Notes under the pieces: model-generated
What the model saw: only the letters and a program-made list of their open reading frames with translations
What the model was told of the DNA's origin: nothing
Databases searched by the model: none
Shown: one piece after another, positions 29,167 through 38,028 of the stretch
Position numbering within the stretch: position 1 is the first letter of the stretch
Layout of the letters: each line of letters opens with the position of its first letter
Assembly (NCBI GenBank): GCA_001772615.1
Contig: MEUZ01000004.1
Location: forward strand, 8,455 to 72,454
Direction of reading: 5' to 3'
DNA length: 64,000 bases
Origin: a candidate division WWE3 bacterium RIFCSPHIGHO2_01_FULL_40_23
GTDB lineage: Bacteria; Patescibacteriota; WWE3; UBA101185; 2-01-FULL-41-18
Translations under genes and position numbers: made by a program

Positions 29167-30975
29167 ATGATTTATAAGGACACTATGAGCAAAATGAAAA
29201 AAGAATTAAAAAATGATCCGCTAATGCCGATGAGACATTCCTGTGAGCATGTTTTACATCAGGCTATGGTTGAACTTTATCCAGGATTAAAAAGAGCAAT
29301 GGGTCCGGCAACGGCCGAGGGCTTCTACCACGATTTTGATTACGATGGAAAAATATCGGAAGAAGACTTTTCTAAAATTGAAGAGAGAATGACAGAAATT
29401 ATTAGGAGAGACCTTCCCTTTATCAAAGAAGAGATATCCGTAAATGAAGCCAAGAAATTATTTTCAGATAACGAGTACAAACTGGATTGGATAAACGATA
29501 TAAAAGACAGGGGAGAAAAACTAACGATTTACTGGACGGGAAAACCCCACGAAAAAGGCTCCAACGTTGACCTTTGCGCCGGTCCTCATGTCTCTTCAAC
29601 GGGAAAAATCGGCCCATTTAAACTCTTAAGCATTGCAGGCGCCTACTGGCATGGAAATGAAAAAAACAAAATGCTTACAAGAATTTACGGTACCTGCTTT
29701 GAGAAGAAAGAAGATCTTGATAAGTACCTTAAGCAACTAGAAGAAGCCAAAAAAAGAGATCACAGAAAGCTTGGTCAGGAACTTGACCTTTTCTCGTTTG
29801 CGGATGAGGTTGGCCCGGGACTTGTCCTTTGGTCACCAAAAGGCGCCATTATAAGAGAGGAGCTTGAAAAACTTGCCAAAGAAACCGAAAAAAAGTTGGG
29901 ATATCAAAGGGTTGCAACTCCCCATATAGCAAAGCACACACTCTTTGAAATATCAGGACATCTTCCTTATTACAAAGACGACATGTACAGTCCCATGATG
30001 ATAGAAGGCGAGGAATATTACCTTAAAGGCATGAACTGCCCTCACCATCATATGATCTATAAGTCCAAAAAAAGATCGTATAAAGAGCTCCCTCTAAGAT
30101 ACGCTGAATACGGAATGGTTTACAGGTTTGAACAATCAGGCGCCTTATTTGGATTAATGAGGGTAAGAAGCATTTGCCAAAATGACGCTCACATATATTG
30201 CACGGAGGAACAGGCTGAAGAGGAATTCCTGAAAGTTTTAGAGCTTCATGACTTTTACTATAAATTATTCGGATTAACAAGAGATGATTACTATATAGTT
30301 ATGGGCCTTCCCGATCCCAAGAAAAAGGATAAGTACCACGGTGATAAGGCTTTGTGGGATAAAGCGGAAAAGCTGATGAGAGGCGCAATAAGTAAATCAG
30401 GCATGCACTCGGTTGATGATATAGGTGGCGCGGCGTTTTACGGTCCAAAAATAGACATAAATATTAGATCAGTAACTGGTAGAGAATTCGGAGCCTCAAC
30501 CAACCAGCTTGACCTTTACATGCCGGGGCGATTTAACCTTACGTATACTGATAAAGACGGGTCAGAAAAGCTTTGCGTTGCAATCCACAGAGCTCCGCTT
30601 GGTTCACATGAAAGATTCATAGGCTTTCTAATTGAGCACTTCGCGGGTGCATTCCCCGTGTGGCTCTCACCGGTGCAAGTAAAAATTATCCCGATTTCAG
30701 AAAACGAGCTTTCCTACGCCCGTAAAATTGAAGCAAACCTTGATGAAGCCGGGTTAAGGGCAGAGGTTGATGATAGATCTGAAACAATGCAGGCAAAAAT
30801 AAGAGACGCCCAGCTTCAAAAAGTGCCTTACATGTTTATAATTGGGAAAAAGGAATCGGAAGCTGGTACCATAAGCATTAGGTTGAGAACAGGCGAAAAC
30901 ATTCCTGATGTAAAAGAGGACGAGGCCATAGGCAGAGTTTTAAAGATGTATAAGGAAAGAAGCCTTGATCTCTAA
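29167..30975 (+). CDS. thrS: Threonyl-tRNA synthetase (no N-terminal TGS domain)
   Basis: RHSCEH, DLCAGPH, RDHRKLG, MNCPHH, IHRAPLGSHERF. Confidence 0.97.
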   Translation: MIYKDTMSKMKKELKNDPLMPMRHSCEHVLHQAMVELYPGLKRAMGPATAEGFYHDFDYDGKISEEDFSKIEERMTEIIRRDLPFIKEEISVNEAKKLFSDNEYKLDWINDIKDRGEKLTIYWTGKPHEKGSNVDLCAGPHVSSTGKIGPFKLLSIAGAYWHGNEKNKMLTRIYGTCFEKKEDLDKYLKQLEEAKKRDHRKLGQELDLFSFADEVGPGLVLWSPKGAIIREELEKLAKETEKKLGYQRVATPHIAKHTLFEISGHLPYYKDDMYSPMMIEGEEYYLKGMNCPHHHMIYKSKKRSYKELPLRYAEYGMVYRFEQSGALFGLMRVRSICQNDAHIYCTEEQAEEEFLKVLELHDFYYKLFGLTRDDYYIVMGLPDPKKKDKYHGDKALWDKAEKLMRGAISKSGMHSVDDIGGAAFYGPKIDINIRSVTGREFGASTNQLDLYMPGRFNLTYTDKDGSEKLCVAIHRAPLGSHERFIGFLIEHFAGAFPVWLSPVQVKIIPISENELSYARKIEANLDEAGLRAEVDDRSETMQAKIRDAQLQKVPYMFIIGKKESEAGTISIRLRTGENIPDVKEDEAIGRVLKMYKERSLDL

Positions 30976-30976
30976 A
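30958..30976 (+). repeat. Left copy of the thrS 3'-end direct repeat (attL-like)
   Basis: AGAAGCCTTGATCTCTAAA (R-S-L-D-L-stop); 17/19 identical to 35801-35819. Confidence 0.8.
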
Positions 30977-31014
30977 AATGATACAAACAACCATACCGTT
31001 AGTGAGTAATCCTG

Positions 31015-34000
31015 ATGAAAATACACATTAAACAAAAACGCTTCAAACTTAAGTCTTTCTTCAGATTGCCAACGTTACTTGGCAGCTTTGTTATTATAAT
31101 AGTCCTGCTTGTTATTTTCATTCGCCTCACACTGTCGCCTGCGGCGGCAGCCTGGTTCGATGACTCATACAGCTACCGTGTCAAATTCACCTTCACCCAT
31201 GACACCGATATTTCCAGTGAGCGCTCTATCACCTACACCCTGGATACTCTGGAATTGACCACTGCCAATATCATGCAAGATGACTGTGACGACATCAGGT
31301 TCACCGATATCAATGGCAAGATCCTCCGCTTTCAGATGACCGGCTCCTGTAGTTCCGCCACCAACACTTTTGAAGTCGTCTTTCCCACGATTGTCAATGG
31401 CACCAACGTCGGCTACGCCTACTACTCCAACCCCGCCGCCGTCTCGGCCAGCGTCGACGTCTCCGACGTCACCGCTCTCACTCCCTCCGGCGGCGATCCT
31501 TCCGACTCCAACCCCACCGCCAATGACGAAGTCGGCCCCGGCCCCATCGCCTACTGGAAATTTGACGAAGGCGCCGAAAACACTTGCTCCGGCGGCAGCA
31601 ATGACGCCTGCGACAGTGCAAGGGGCACAGGCGGTAATCTAGATTTGGCCTTCGATAACTCAGCCGGTACCACCCCAGACTACGTCACGGAAGACCGGTG
31701 TATTTCCGGCAAATGCGTGATTTTATACGACGACAACGACAACCCTTACCTCTACACCGCTAACGGCTTTCCATTTCCCACCACGGATTTTACATATTCT
31801 TTTTGGTTTCGCCATACCGACACGGCTACCGGTGCCGTAGACGCAGGCTGGCTAGTACTTTATACAAATAGTGATGGCTCAACCGAATTTGAAATCAGAA
31901 TAGGTTCCAATCAAAACATCGTTGTAAACACCAACGGAGGAGCCAGCGAGATTACCAGCGTCGTCACCCTCGACAACGGCCGTTGGTACCATGTTGTCGC
32001 TACCAGAACCGGGTCCTCACTAAGCCTTTATCTCAACGGGATTCTCGACACTCAAGTCTCCAACGCCTCGGCCATGACCTACTCCGGTTGCTCGCTTATT
32101 ATTGGCACGGACGACCAAGGAGCCGACTGTGCCGTTCCTCTTCTGGACGCTGATATTACTAACAATTTCACCGGCTCCATCGACGAACTCAAAGTCTACG
32201 ATCGTGGATTGACCGCCGCCCAGGTCAAATCCGAGTACTTAATTGGCACCACAGCTAAGGGCAGCAGCGTTTCTATCTCCGCTCCCCAAGTCAAATATCT
32301 CTCCGATGAACTTGACGCTTACTGGCCAATGGACGAGAGCGGAAGCACCTCTCCGGTCGACTACAGCGGTTTTCAAAACACCCTCACACGAATCGCCAGC
32401 CCCACTATGGTTTCGGCAAAATTTGGTAACGGTGCCGACCTGGAGAGCGGCAGTTCCCAATACTTCACCAGATCAGACCGCATCGAGTATTCCATCACCG
32501 GCAGTTTGACTTTGGCTGCCTGGATCAAGCCCGAATCGGTTACTGCCTCTACCCTATTCGATATAGTAGGCAAGTTCGACGACGCCAATGAATCCTATCA
32601 ACTCTCCCAATATGGCGATGAAATCCGCATGTACATCGACTCCAGCTCCAACTACGCCACCACCGACGCTGCCAATTTGGCCACCGGTACCTGGTATCAT
32701 GTTGCGGGGGTCTATGACGCCACCAGCCAATCTGTCGCCATTTATATCAACGGTTCACTCGCCAGCTCCACCGTCACCGGAACAATACCTAGTGGTATCG
32801 GTAACGACGCCGGCGTCTTCCACATCGGCGCCGAGGATTCAACCACCGGCGGCGACGCCCCGGGAAACTTTTACGACGGGATAATCGACGAAGTTCGCAT
32901 GTATAGCCGGGCTCTCCCGGCTAAAGACGTCTCCAGTCTCTACACCTTCGCCCCCGGCCCGGTCGGCTGGTGGAAGCTCGATGAAAATTCCGGGACCACC
33001 GCTTTTGATTCCAGTAACAAAGGCAACAATCTCACTCTCACCAACGGCCCGGCTTGGGTCCCAGGGAAACAGGGATCTGCCCTCGAATACGACGGTAATA
33101 CCCAGTGCGCCATCAATTCCGCTACCTCCGGCATCGCCCCCATCACCGATATGACAGTCGCGGCCTGGGTCTACGCCCGCGCCCCCGCTGCTGACGACGA
33201 CGCCATTATTAATCTCTCCGGCACCGACGAGACCGAAGCCGAGAACGTCAATTTCTACTTCTTTATCAATGACACCAATAATGTTTTACGCCTCACATGG
33301 GAGCACGGAGGGGGCGTCAACGACATCATCAGTTCCACCGTCGCCCCGGCCATCAAATCCGGACAATGGGTTCATTTCGCCGCCACCCGAAACACCTCCA
33401 CCAACGAAGTCATGTTCTACGAAAACGGTATCCAGCTGGGAACCACGGTTTCTTACACCAACGACCCCTCCGGCGGCACATCCGACCAACGTCTAGACAT
33501 CGGCCATGAAAGTTCCACCTGTCTCAGCGGAACCAATGAAGGCTTCAACGGCAAAATCAGCGACGTCATCGTCTATAACTACGTCCGTACAGGGAAGCAA
33601 ATCATCGAGGACCTAAACGCCGGGCATCCGACCATAGGTACTGTTGGTTCCTATGTTGCCCATTGGGATATGGATGATGCCACCGGCACAATCGCCCAGG
33701 ACACTTCTATAAACAATAACGATCTTACTCTTTCTACCGCTTCTTGGACTCTCCAAGGCAAGTTTAATTCAGCCTGGAATGGTAATGGGACTTCTCGTCT
33801 AGCACCGGCTTTAGGCAACAATCCCGATTTTGATTTCTCTGCCACTGAAGACTTTACTCTCTCCATCTGGTTTAAGTCGGATCTTGCCGGAAACCCAACT
33901 GCCACCGAATACCTAGCCGCCAATGGAGGACCTTCCGGTTCTGCAGGCTATGCTCTCTATGCTACTGACACCAATGGCTTTATTTGTTTTGGCATAGATG

Positions 34001-35799
34001 ACGACGCCTCTTGGGGACCAGACGTTTCCGCCTGCACAACCTCCGATTACTATGACAATACCTGGCATCATATCGTAGGTGTAAGAAATGTCACAGCTGA
34101 TACTATTTACATCTATATTGACGGAGTATTAAAAGGCCAGACTGCTGATACCACATCTGCTACCCTGGATAGTAACGGCACTTTTCGTCTTGGCGACATA
34201 GACACCGACGACGCGGCTTCCGGGGAGGAGTTGGCAGGCGATTTGGATGAGGTCAAAGTCTACCGCCTGGCCCTTTCAGCCTCCGATGTGAAGCTTGAAT
34301 ACAATCGTGCTTCAAGTTTAGTTCTCGGATCTCTCTCGACAGAATCCGACGGCTTGACCACGACCTCTTCAGCTGCCTCCGCCTTCTGCATCCCCGGCGA
34401 TACTACTAGCTGTAATCCCCCAGTCGGCTATTGGAAACTGGACGACAACACCGGAACCACCGCCGTGGACTCCTCCGGTAATGGCAACAACGGTTCGTTC
34501 GTGGGCAGTCCTTCCTGGGGTTCAGGCTGCAAATCCGGTAGCTGCATTACCACCCAGATGAACGGGGTAGAAGACAACGTCAACATCCCAAATCCTGCTA
34601 ACGATGTTTTCGACTTTCCTCCCGGCACAGATTTTACCGCCCAAGTTTGGGTAAAAATTATTAACAAGGAGGACTATGTCCAACCACTATTTAGGGGAGG
34701 TAGCAGCGTGGGAACAAATGGCTATGAGGTGGAGGTCCACACAACTACAAAACTGTCCCAATGTGGGTACGCGGACGGTACAACTAGAGATGTCGCTACC
34801 GGAACAACTGCCCTCGTTGACGGCCGATGGCATTTTATCTCCTGCGTCATGGATCGAAATGGCACAGCCACCGGAACAGTAGGACTCCACGTTTTTGTCG
34901 ATGGGGTCTTGGAAGGTTCAGACACTAGCCTCGGAGCGGTTAATAACTTCGACAACACCCGAGCTATAGAAATCGGCGAACGCAGTAATTCTACAGAGTT
35001 CGACGGTTCCACCGACATGGCCGCTATCTACAACTACGCCCGTACCCGAGCCCAAGTCGCCTGGGACTTCAACCGCGGCGTGCCAATAGCCTATTGGGAT
35101 TTTGACGAATGCCAAGGTGCTACCATTCATGACGCTTCCACCAAGTCTGATCTGCGTTCTACCGGCATAAACGGCACCATAACCCTGGGAGGGTCACCAT
35201 CTTTAGGAGACTGCACCACTGCCGCCACTGCATGGGGCAACGGGGCCACAGGTAAATATAACTCCTCTTTAGATTTTGACGGTTCAGACGATTATATTCT
35301 TTTTGGCGACGTTCTTGATCAAACAACGAACGATTTCACTTTTTCAGCCTGGATTAAAAGGGGTGATGACACCACTAATCACGAAATAGTGTCAAAAGGC
35401 GGTGCGGCGGAACCAAGTTATTCCTTTGGCATAGATGGCGCAACCGACGTTTTAAGACTCATCGTAAGAGATAGCGGCGGACAAACCACTGCCGATAGTA
35501 CCCGGACTGTCAACGACACCAATTGGCATCATGTCGTGGTAGTCGCAGACCGCGATGCCAACGCCACTTTTTATATTGACGGCACTCCAGCAGGGACCGT
35601 TGACATTTCGACCAGAACCGGCACTCTTGCCAATGGTGATAACTTTGAAATAGGACGTTCCCGTGATCAAACAACCGTCGCCAACGGATTAATTGATGAT
35701 CTGCGTATCTTTAACTACGCTCTTACTGCCACACAAATCAAAATCTTATATAATCAAAGCAGTTCGGTTAGATTCGGCCCGGAAACAGGCACACCATAA
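31015..35799 (+). CDS. Large membrane-anchored DUF2341 plus six LamG-like (concanavalin A) domain surface protein
   Basis: N-terminal TM helix; AAWFDDSYSYRVKF; six repeats starting YWKFDE, YWPMDE, WWKLDE, HWDMDD, YWKLDD, YWDFDE and ending G-x-I-D-E-(V/L)-x-x-Y; GC-rich. Confidence 0.9.
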   Translation: MKIHIKQKRFKLKSFFRLPTLLGSFVIIIVLLVIFIRLTLSPAAAAWFDDSYSYRVKFTFTHDTDISSERSITYTLDTLELTTANIMQDDCDDIRFTDINGKILRFQMTGSCSSATNTFEVVFPTIVNGTNVGYAYYSNPAAVSASVDVSDVTALTPSGGDPSDSNPTANDEVGPGPIAYWKFDEGAENTCSGGSNDACDSARGTGGNLDLAFDNSAGTTPDYVTEDRCISGKCVILYDDNDNPYLYTANGFPFPTTDFTYSFWFRHTDTATGAVDAGWLVLYTNSDGSTEFEIRIGSNQNIVVNTNGGASEITSVVTLDNGRWYHVVATRTGSSLSLYLNGILDTQVSNASAMTYSGCSLIIGTDDQGADCAVPLLDADITNNFTGSIDELKVYDRGLTAAQVKSEYLIGTTAKGSSVSISAPQVKYLSDELDAYWPMDESGSTSPVDYSGFQNTLTRIASPTMVSAKFGNGADLESGSSQYFTRSDRIEYSITGSLTLAAWIKPESVTASTLFDIVGKFDDANESYQLSQYGDEIRMYIDSSSNYATTDAANLATGTWYHVAGVYDATSQSVAIYINGSLASSTVTGTIPSGIGNDAGVFHIGAEDSTTGGDAPGNFYDGIIDEVRMYSRALPAKDVSSLYTFAPGPVGWWKLDENSGTTAFDSSNKGNNLTLTNGPAWVPGKQGSALEYDGNTQCAINSATSGIAPITDMTVAAWVYARAPAADDDAIINLSGTDETEAENVNFYFFINDTNNVLRLTWEHGGGVNDIISSTVAPAIKSGQWVHFAATRNTSTNEVMFYENGIQLGTTVSYTNDPSGGTSDQRLDIGHESSTCLSGTNEGFNGKISDVIVYNYVRTGKQIIEDLNAGHPTIGTVGSYVAHWDMDDATGTIAQDTSINNNDLTLSTASWTLQGKFNSAWNGNGTSRLAPALGNNPDFDFSATEDFTLSIWFKSDLAGNPTATEYLAANGGPSGSAGYALYATDTNGFICFGIDDDASWGPDVSACTTSDYYDNTWHHIVGVRNVTADTIYIYIDGVLKGQTADTTSATLDSNGTFRLGDIDTDDAASGEELAGDLDEVKVYRLALSASDVKLEYNRASSLVLGSLSTESDGLTTTSSAASAFCIPGDTTSCNPPVGYWKLDDNTGTTAVDSSGNGNNGSFVGSPSWGSGCKSGSCITTQMNGVEDNVNIPNPANDVFDFPPGTDFTAQVWVKIINKEDYVQPLFRGGSSVGTNGYEVEVHTTTKLSQCGYADGTTRDVATGTTALVDGRWHFISCVMDRNGTATGTVGLHVFVDGVLEGSDTSLGAVNNFDNTRAIEIGERSNSTEFDGSTDMAAIYNYARTRAQVAWDFNRGVPIAYWDFDECQGATIHDASTKSDLRSTGINGTITLGGSPSLGDCTTAATAWGNGATGKYNSSLDFDGSDDYILFGDVLDQTTNDFTFSAWIKRGDDTTNHEIVSKGGAAEPSYSFGIDGATDVLRLIVRDSGGQTTADSTRTVNDTNWHHVVVVADRDANATFYIDGTPAGTVDISTRTGTLANGDNFEIGRSRDQTTVANGLIDDLRIFNYALTATQIKILYNQSSSVRFGPETGTP

Positions 35800-35800
35800 T

Positions 35801-35819
35801 AGAAGTCTTGATCTATAAA
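35801..35819 (+). repeat. Right copy of the thrS 3'-end direct repeat (attR-like)
   Basis: AGAAGTCTTGATCTATAAA also reads R-S-L-D-L-stop. Confidence 0.8.
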
Positions 35820-35836
35820 GGTATTTATGATAACTT
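35808..35836 (+). promoter_or_regulatory. Candidate infC promoter with its -35 inside the repeat
   Basis: TTGATC-17 nt-TAACTT with an extended TG motif. Confidence 0.5.
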
Positions 35837-35847
35837 AGCTTAGTTTA

Positions 35848-36357
35848 ATGGATACAAAAAGGTACTTTACCAACGAAAAGATTAGAGCACAGAACCTAAG
35901 GATTATTAACTCCAAAGGTGAGAACATAGGGGTGGTGACAAAAGGGGAAGCTCTAAGGATGGCCAGGGAGGAAAAACTAGATCTTGTGGAAATAGCGCCA
36001 AATGCCAACCCTCCCGTAGCAAAGATCCTTGATTTTAAGAAGTTTTTATATACTGAAAGGAAAAAAGCTTCCGCCGCGAGAGCCCACTCAAAGCAAACTG
36101 AACTTAAGGAATTTAAGTTCGGGCCTAATATTGGTTCAAATGATTTAAATTTAAAGATAGGGAGGGCCAAAGAATTTTTAAAAGGAAAAAACAGGGTTAA
36201 ATTTACGGTAGCTTTCAGAGGAAGGGAAAACGCTCATCCCGAAGTCGGGTGGGAAAAAATCAAAAAAGCTATTAGTGAACTGTCAGAGCTTGGGCATCCC
36301 GAAGCAGATCCAAGACTGGTTAACAAAATGATTAGCGTAACAATAGTCGCAAGTTAA
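35848..36357 (+). CDS. infC: Translation initiation factor IF-3
   Basis: NEKIRA, LDLVEIAPNANPPVAKI, FRGRE; ATG start. Confidence 0.96.
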   Translation: MDTKRYFTNEKIRAQNLRIINSKGENIGVVTKGEALRMAREEKLDLVEIAPNANPPVAKILDFKKFLYTERKKASAARAHSKQTELKEFKFGPNIGSNDLNLKIGRAKEFLKGKNRVKFTVAFRGRENAHPEVGWEKIKKAISELSELGHPEADPRLVNKMISVTIVAS

Positions 36358-36359
36358 AA

Positions 36360-36560
36360 ATGAAATTAAAAAGCAAGAAAACACTCCAAAAAAGAATAAA
36401 AGTAACAGGTTCAGGAAAACTTTTAAGAAAAAGGATCAGAACATCTCATCTTAAGGTTAAGCTTACAGCTGGCCGAAAGCATAGAAAAAGAAGGTATGTC
36501 TTAGTAGCGCGTGGTTTTACAAAAACGTTGAAAAACATGCTACCTTACAATAGGAACTGA
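36360..36560 (+). CDS. rpmI: 50S ribosomal protein L35
   Basis: KLKSKKTLQKRIKVTGSGK; position in the infC operon. Confidence 0.93.
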   Translation: MKLKSKKTLQKRIKVTGSGKLLRKRIRTSHLKVKLTAGRKHRKRRYVLVARGFTKTLKNMLPYNRN

Positions 36561-36561
36561 T

Positions 36562-36909
36562 ATGACAAGAGTAAAAGGTGGTTTTAAAACAAGAAGAAGG
36601 CACAAAGAAATTAAAAAGCTTGCTAAGGGTTATTATGGAAGCAGACACAGGCTTTATAAAAGAGCATCGGATGCAGTTTTGCATAGCGGTGAATACGCAT
36701 TTGCCGGAAGAAGACAAAGAAGAAGAGATTTGAGAAGGCTCTGGATCACAAGAATTAATGCGGGTTTAAAACCTTTTAATATTAGATACAGCCATTTCAT
36801 TAAGTTGCTTAAGGATAAAAATATTGAACTTGACAGAAAAATTCTTGCGGATTTAGCCGCAACGGATTCTAAAGCTTTTGAAGAAGTGGTGGCAAAGGTA
36901 AAACAATAG
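36562..36909 (+). CDS. rplT: 50S ribosomal protein L20
   Basis: MTRVKGG, AKGYYG, RRLWITRINA, LDRKILADLA. Confidence 0.97.
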   Translation: MTRVKGGFKTRRRHKEIKKLAKGYYGSRHRLYKRASDAVLHSGEYAFAGRRQRRRDLRRLWITRINAGLKPFNIRYSHFIKLLKDKNIELDRKILADLAATDSKAFEEVVAKVKQ

Positions 36910-36974
36910 GCAATACTTGAAGGTCTTGCCTTTTTTAATCGCCAAGTTGGCCCTGGCAAAAGCTAGGGTTTTTT
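36908..36974 (+). terminator. Tandem terminator-like hairpins after rplT
   Basis: AGGCAA...TTGCCT followed by T run; GCCCTGGC-AAAA-GCTAGGGT followed by T run. Confidence 0.6.
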
Positions 36975-37003
36975 ATTTTCTAAAGCTATAATATTTAGAT
37001 TAC

Positions 37004-38008
37004 ATGACGTTTGAGAACTTGCTTTCGGAAATTAAAAAAATCTTAAAAAGCGTTGACTCGCTTAAATCCCTAAACGAAAAAAAACTTGAAATACTTTCCG
37101 GCAAGTGGAGTATTTTAAACAAATTAACTAAGGAATTATCTGAAAAAGGGGAGGGGGAGCGAAAAAATCTTGGAATAGAAATAAATAAACTTAAAGATGA
37201 AGTTGAACAACTTATTACCAAAAAAGAGCAGGAGCTATTTCATAAAGAGGACACAAAAGAAGAATGGTTTGATGCAACCCTGCCAGTTAAAAAAACCAAA
37301 ATCGGCCACTTAAGTCCTGACACACAGGTTATCAGGATGATGAACGAGTTTTTTAAGTATCACGGTTATTCTATTGCAGAAGGGCCGGACATTGAGCTTG
37401 ATTTATATAATTTTGAAAAAACAAATCTTCCCAAAGACCATCCGGCAAGAGACCTTCAAGACACTATTTACATAGAAAGTCCCGAAATACTCTTAAGAAC
37501 ACATACATCCAGCGTGGAAACAAGAATACTTTCAACTCATAAACCTCCTCTAAGATTTGTCGTTCCAGGCGTTTCTTTTAGAAATGAGATTATTAACCCA
37601 AGCAACCACGCAATATTCCAGCAATACCAAGGTGTCTGCGTTGACGAAAATATAAGCATGGCTAATCTTAAAGCAACGCTTGAAGAATTTGCAAAATTTC
37701 TGTACGGAGAGGATACCAAAACAAGGTTCAGAACAAAATACTATCCCGAGGTTGAACCCGGCGCAGGAATGGATATTTTATGCACTTTCTGCAAAGGAGA
37801 GGGATGCAGAATCTGCAAAATGCGCGGTTGGATTGAAATACTTGGGAGCGGAATGATTCATCGAAACCTGCTGGAAAAGTGCGGCCTAGATTATCACAAA
37901 TGGAGCGGCTTCGCCTTTGGGATGGGATTAGATAGGATTATTATGACCAAGTTTAACATCAGCGACATAAGGAGTTTACATGGGGGTAGTTTAGTTTTCG
38001 TTGAGTAA
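37004..38008 (+). CDS. pheS: Phenylalanyl-tRNA synthetase alpha subunit
   Basis: DHPARDLQDT, LLRTHTS, GWIEILGSGM, GFAFGMGLDR. Confidence 0.97.
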   Translation: MTFENLLSEIKKILKSVDSLKSLNEKKLEILSGKWSILNKLTKELSEKGEGERKNLGIEINKLKDEVEQLITKKEQELFHKEDTKEEWFDATLPVKKTKIGHLSPDTQVIRMMNEFFKYHGYSIAEGPDIELDLYNFEKTNLPKDHPARDLQDTIYIESPEILLRTHTSSVETRILSTHKPPLRFVVPGVSFRNEIINPSNHAIFQQYQGVCVDENISMANLKATLEEFAKFLYGEDTKTRFRTKYYPEVEPGAGMDILCTFCKGEGCRICKMRGWIEILGSGMIHRNLLEKCGLDYHKWSGFAFGMGLDRIIMTKFNISDIRSLHGGSLVFVE

Positions 38009-38028
38009 ACCTTCACTTGGAACATGAT

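Noticed and set aside
31370-35670. Many short alternative-frame ORFs inside the LamG gene
   Set aside because: Expected from high GC content and few stop codons; no independent signals.
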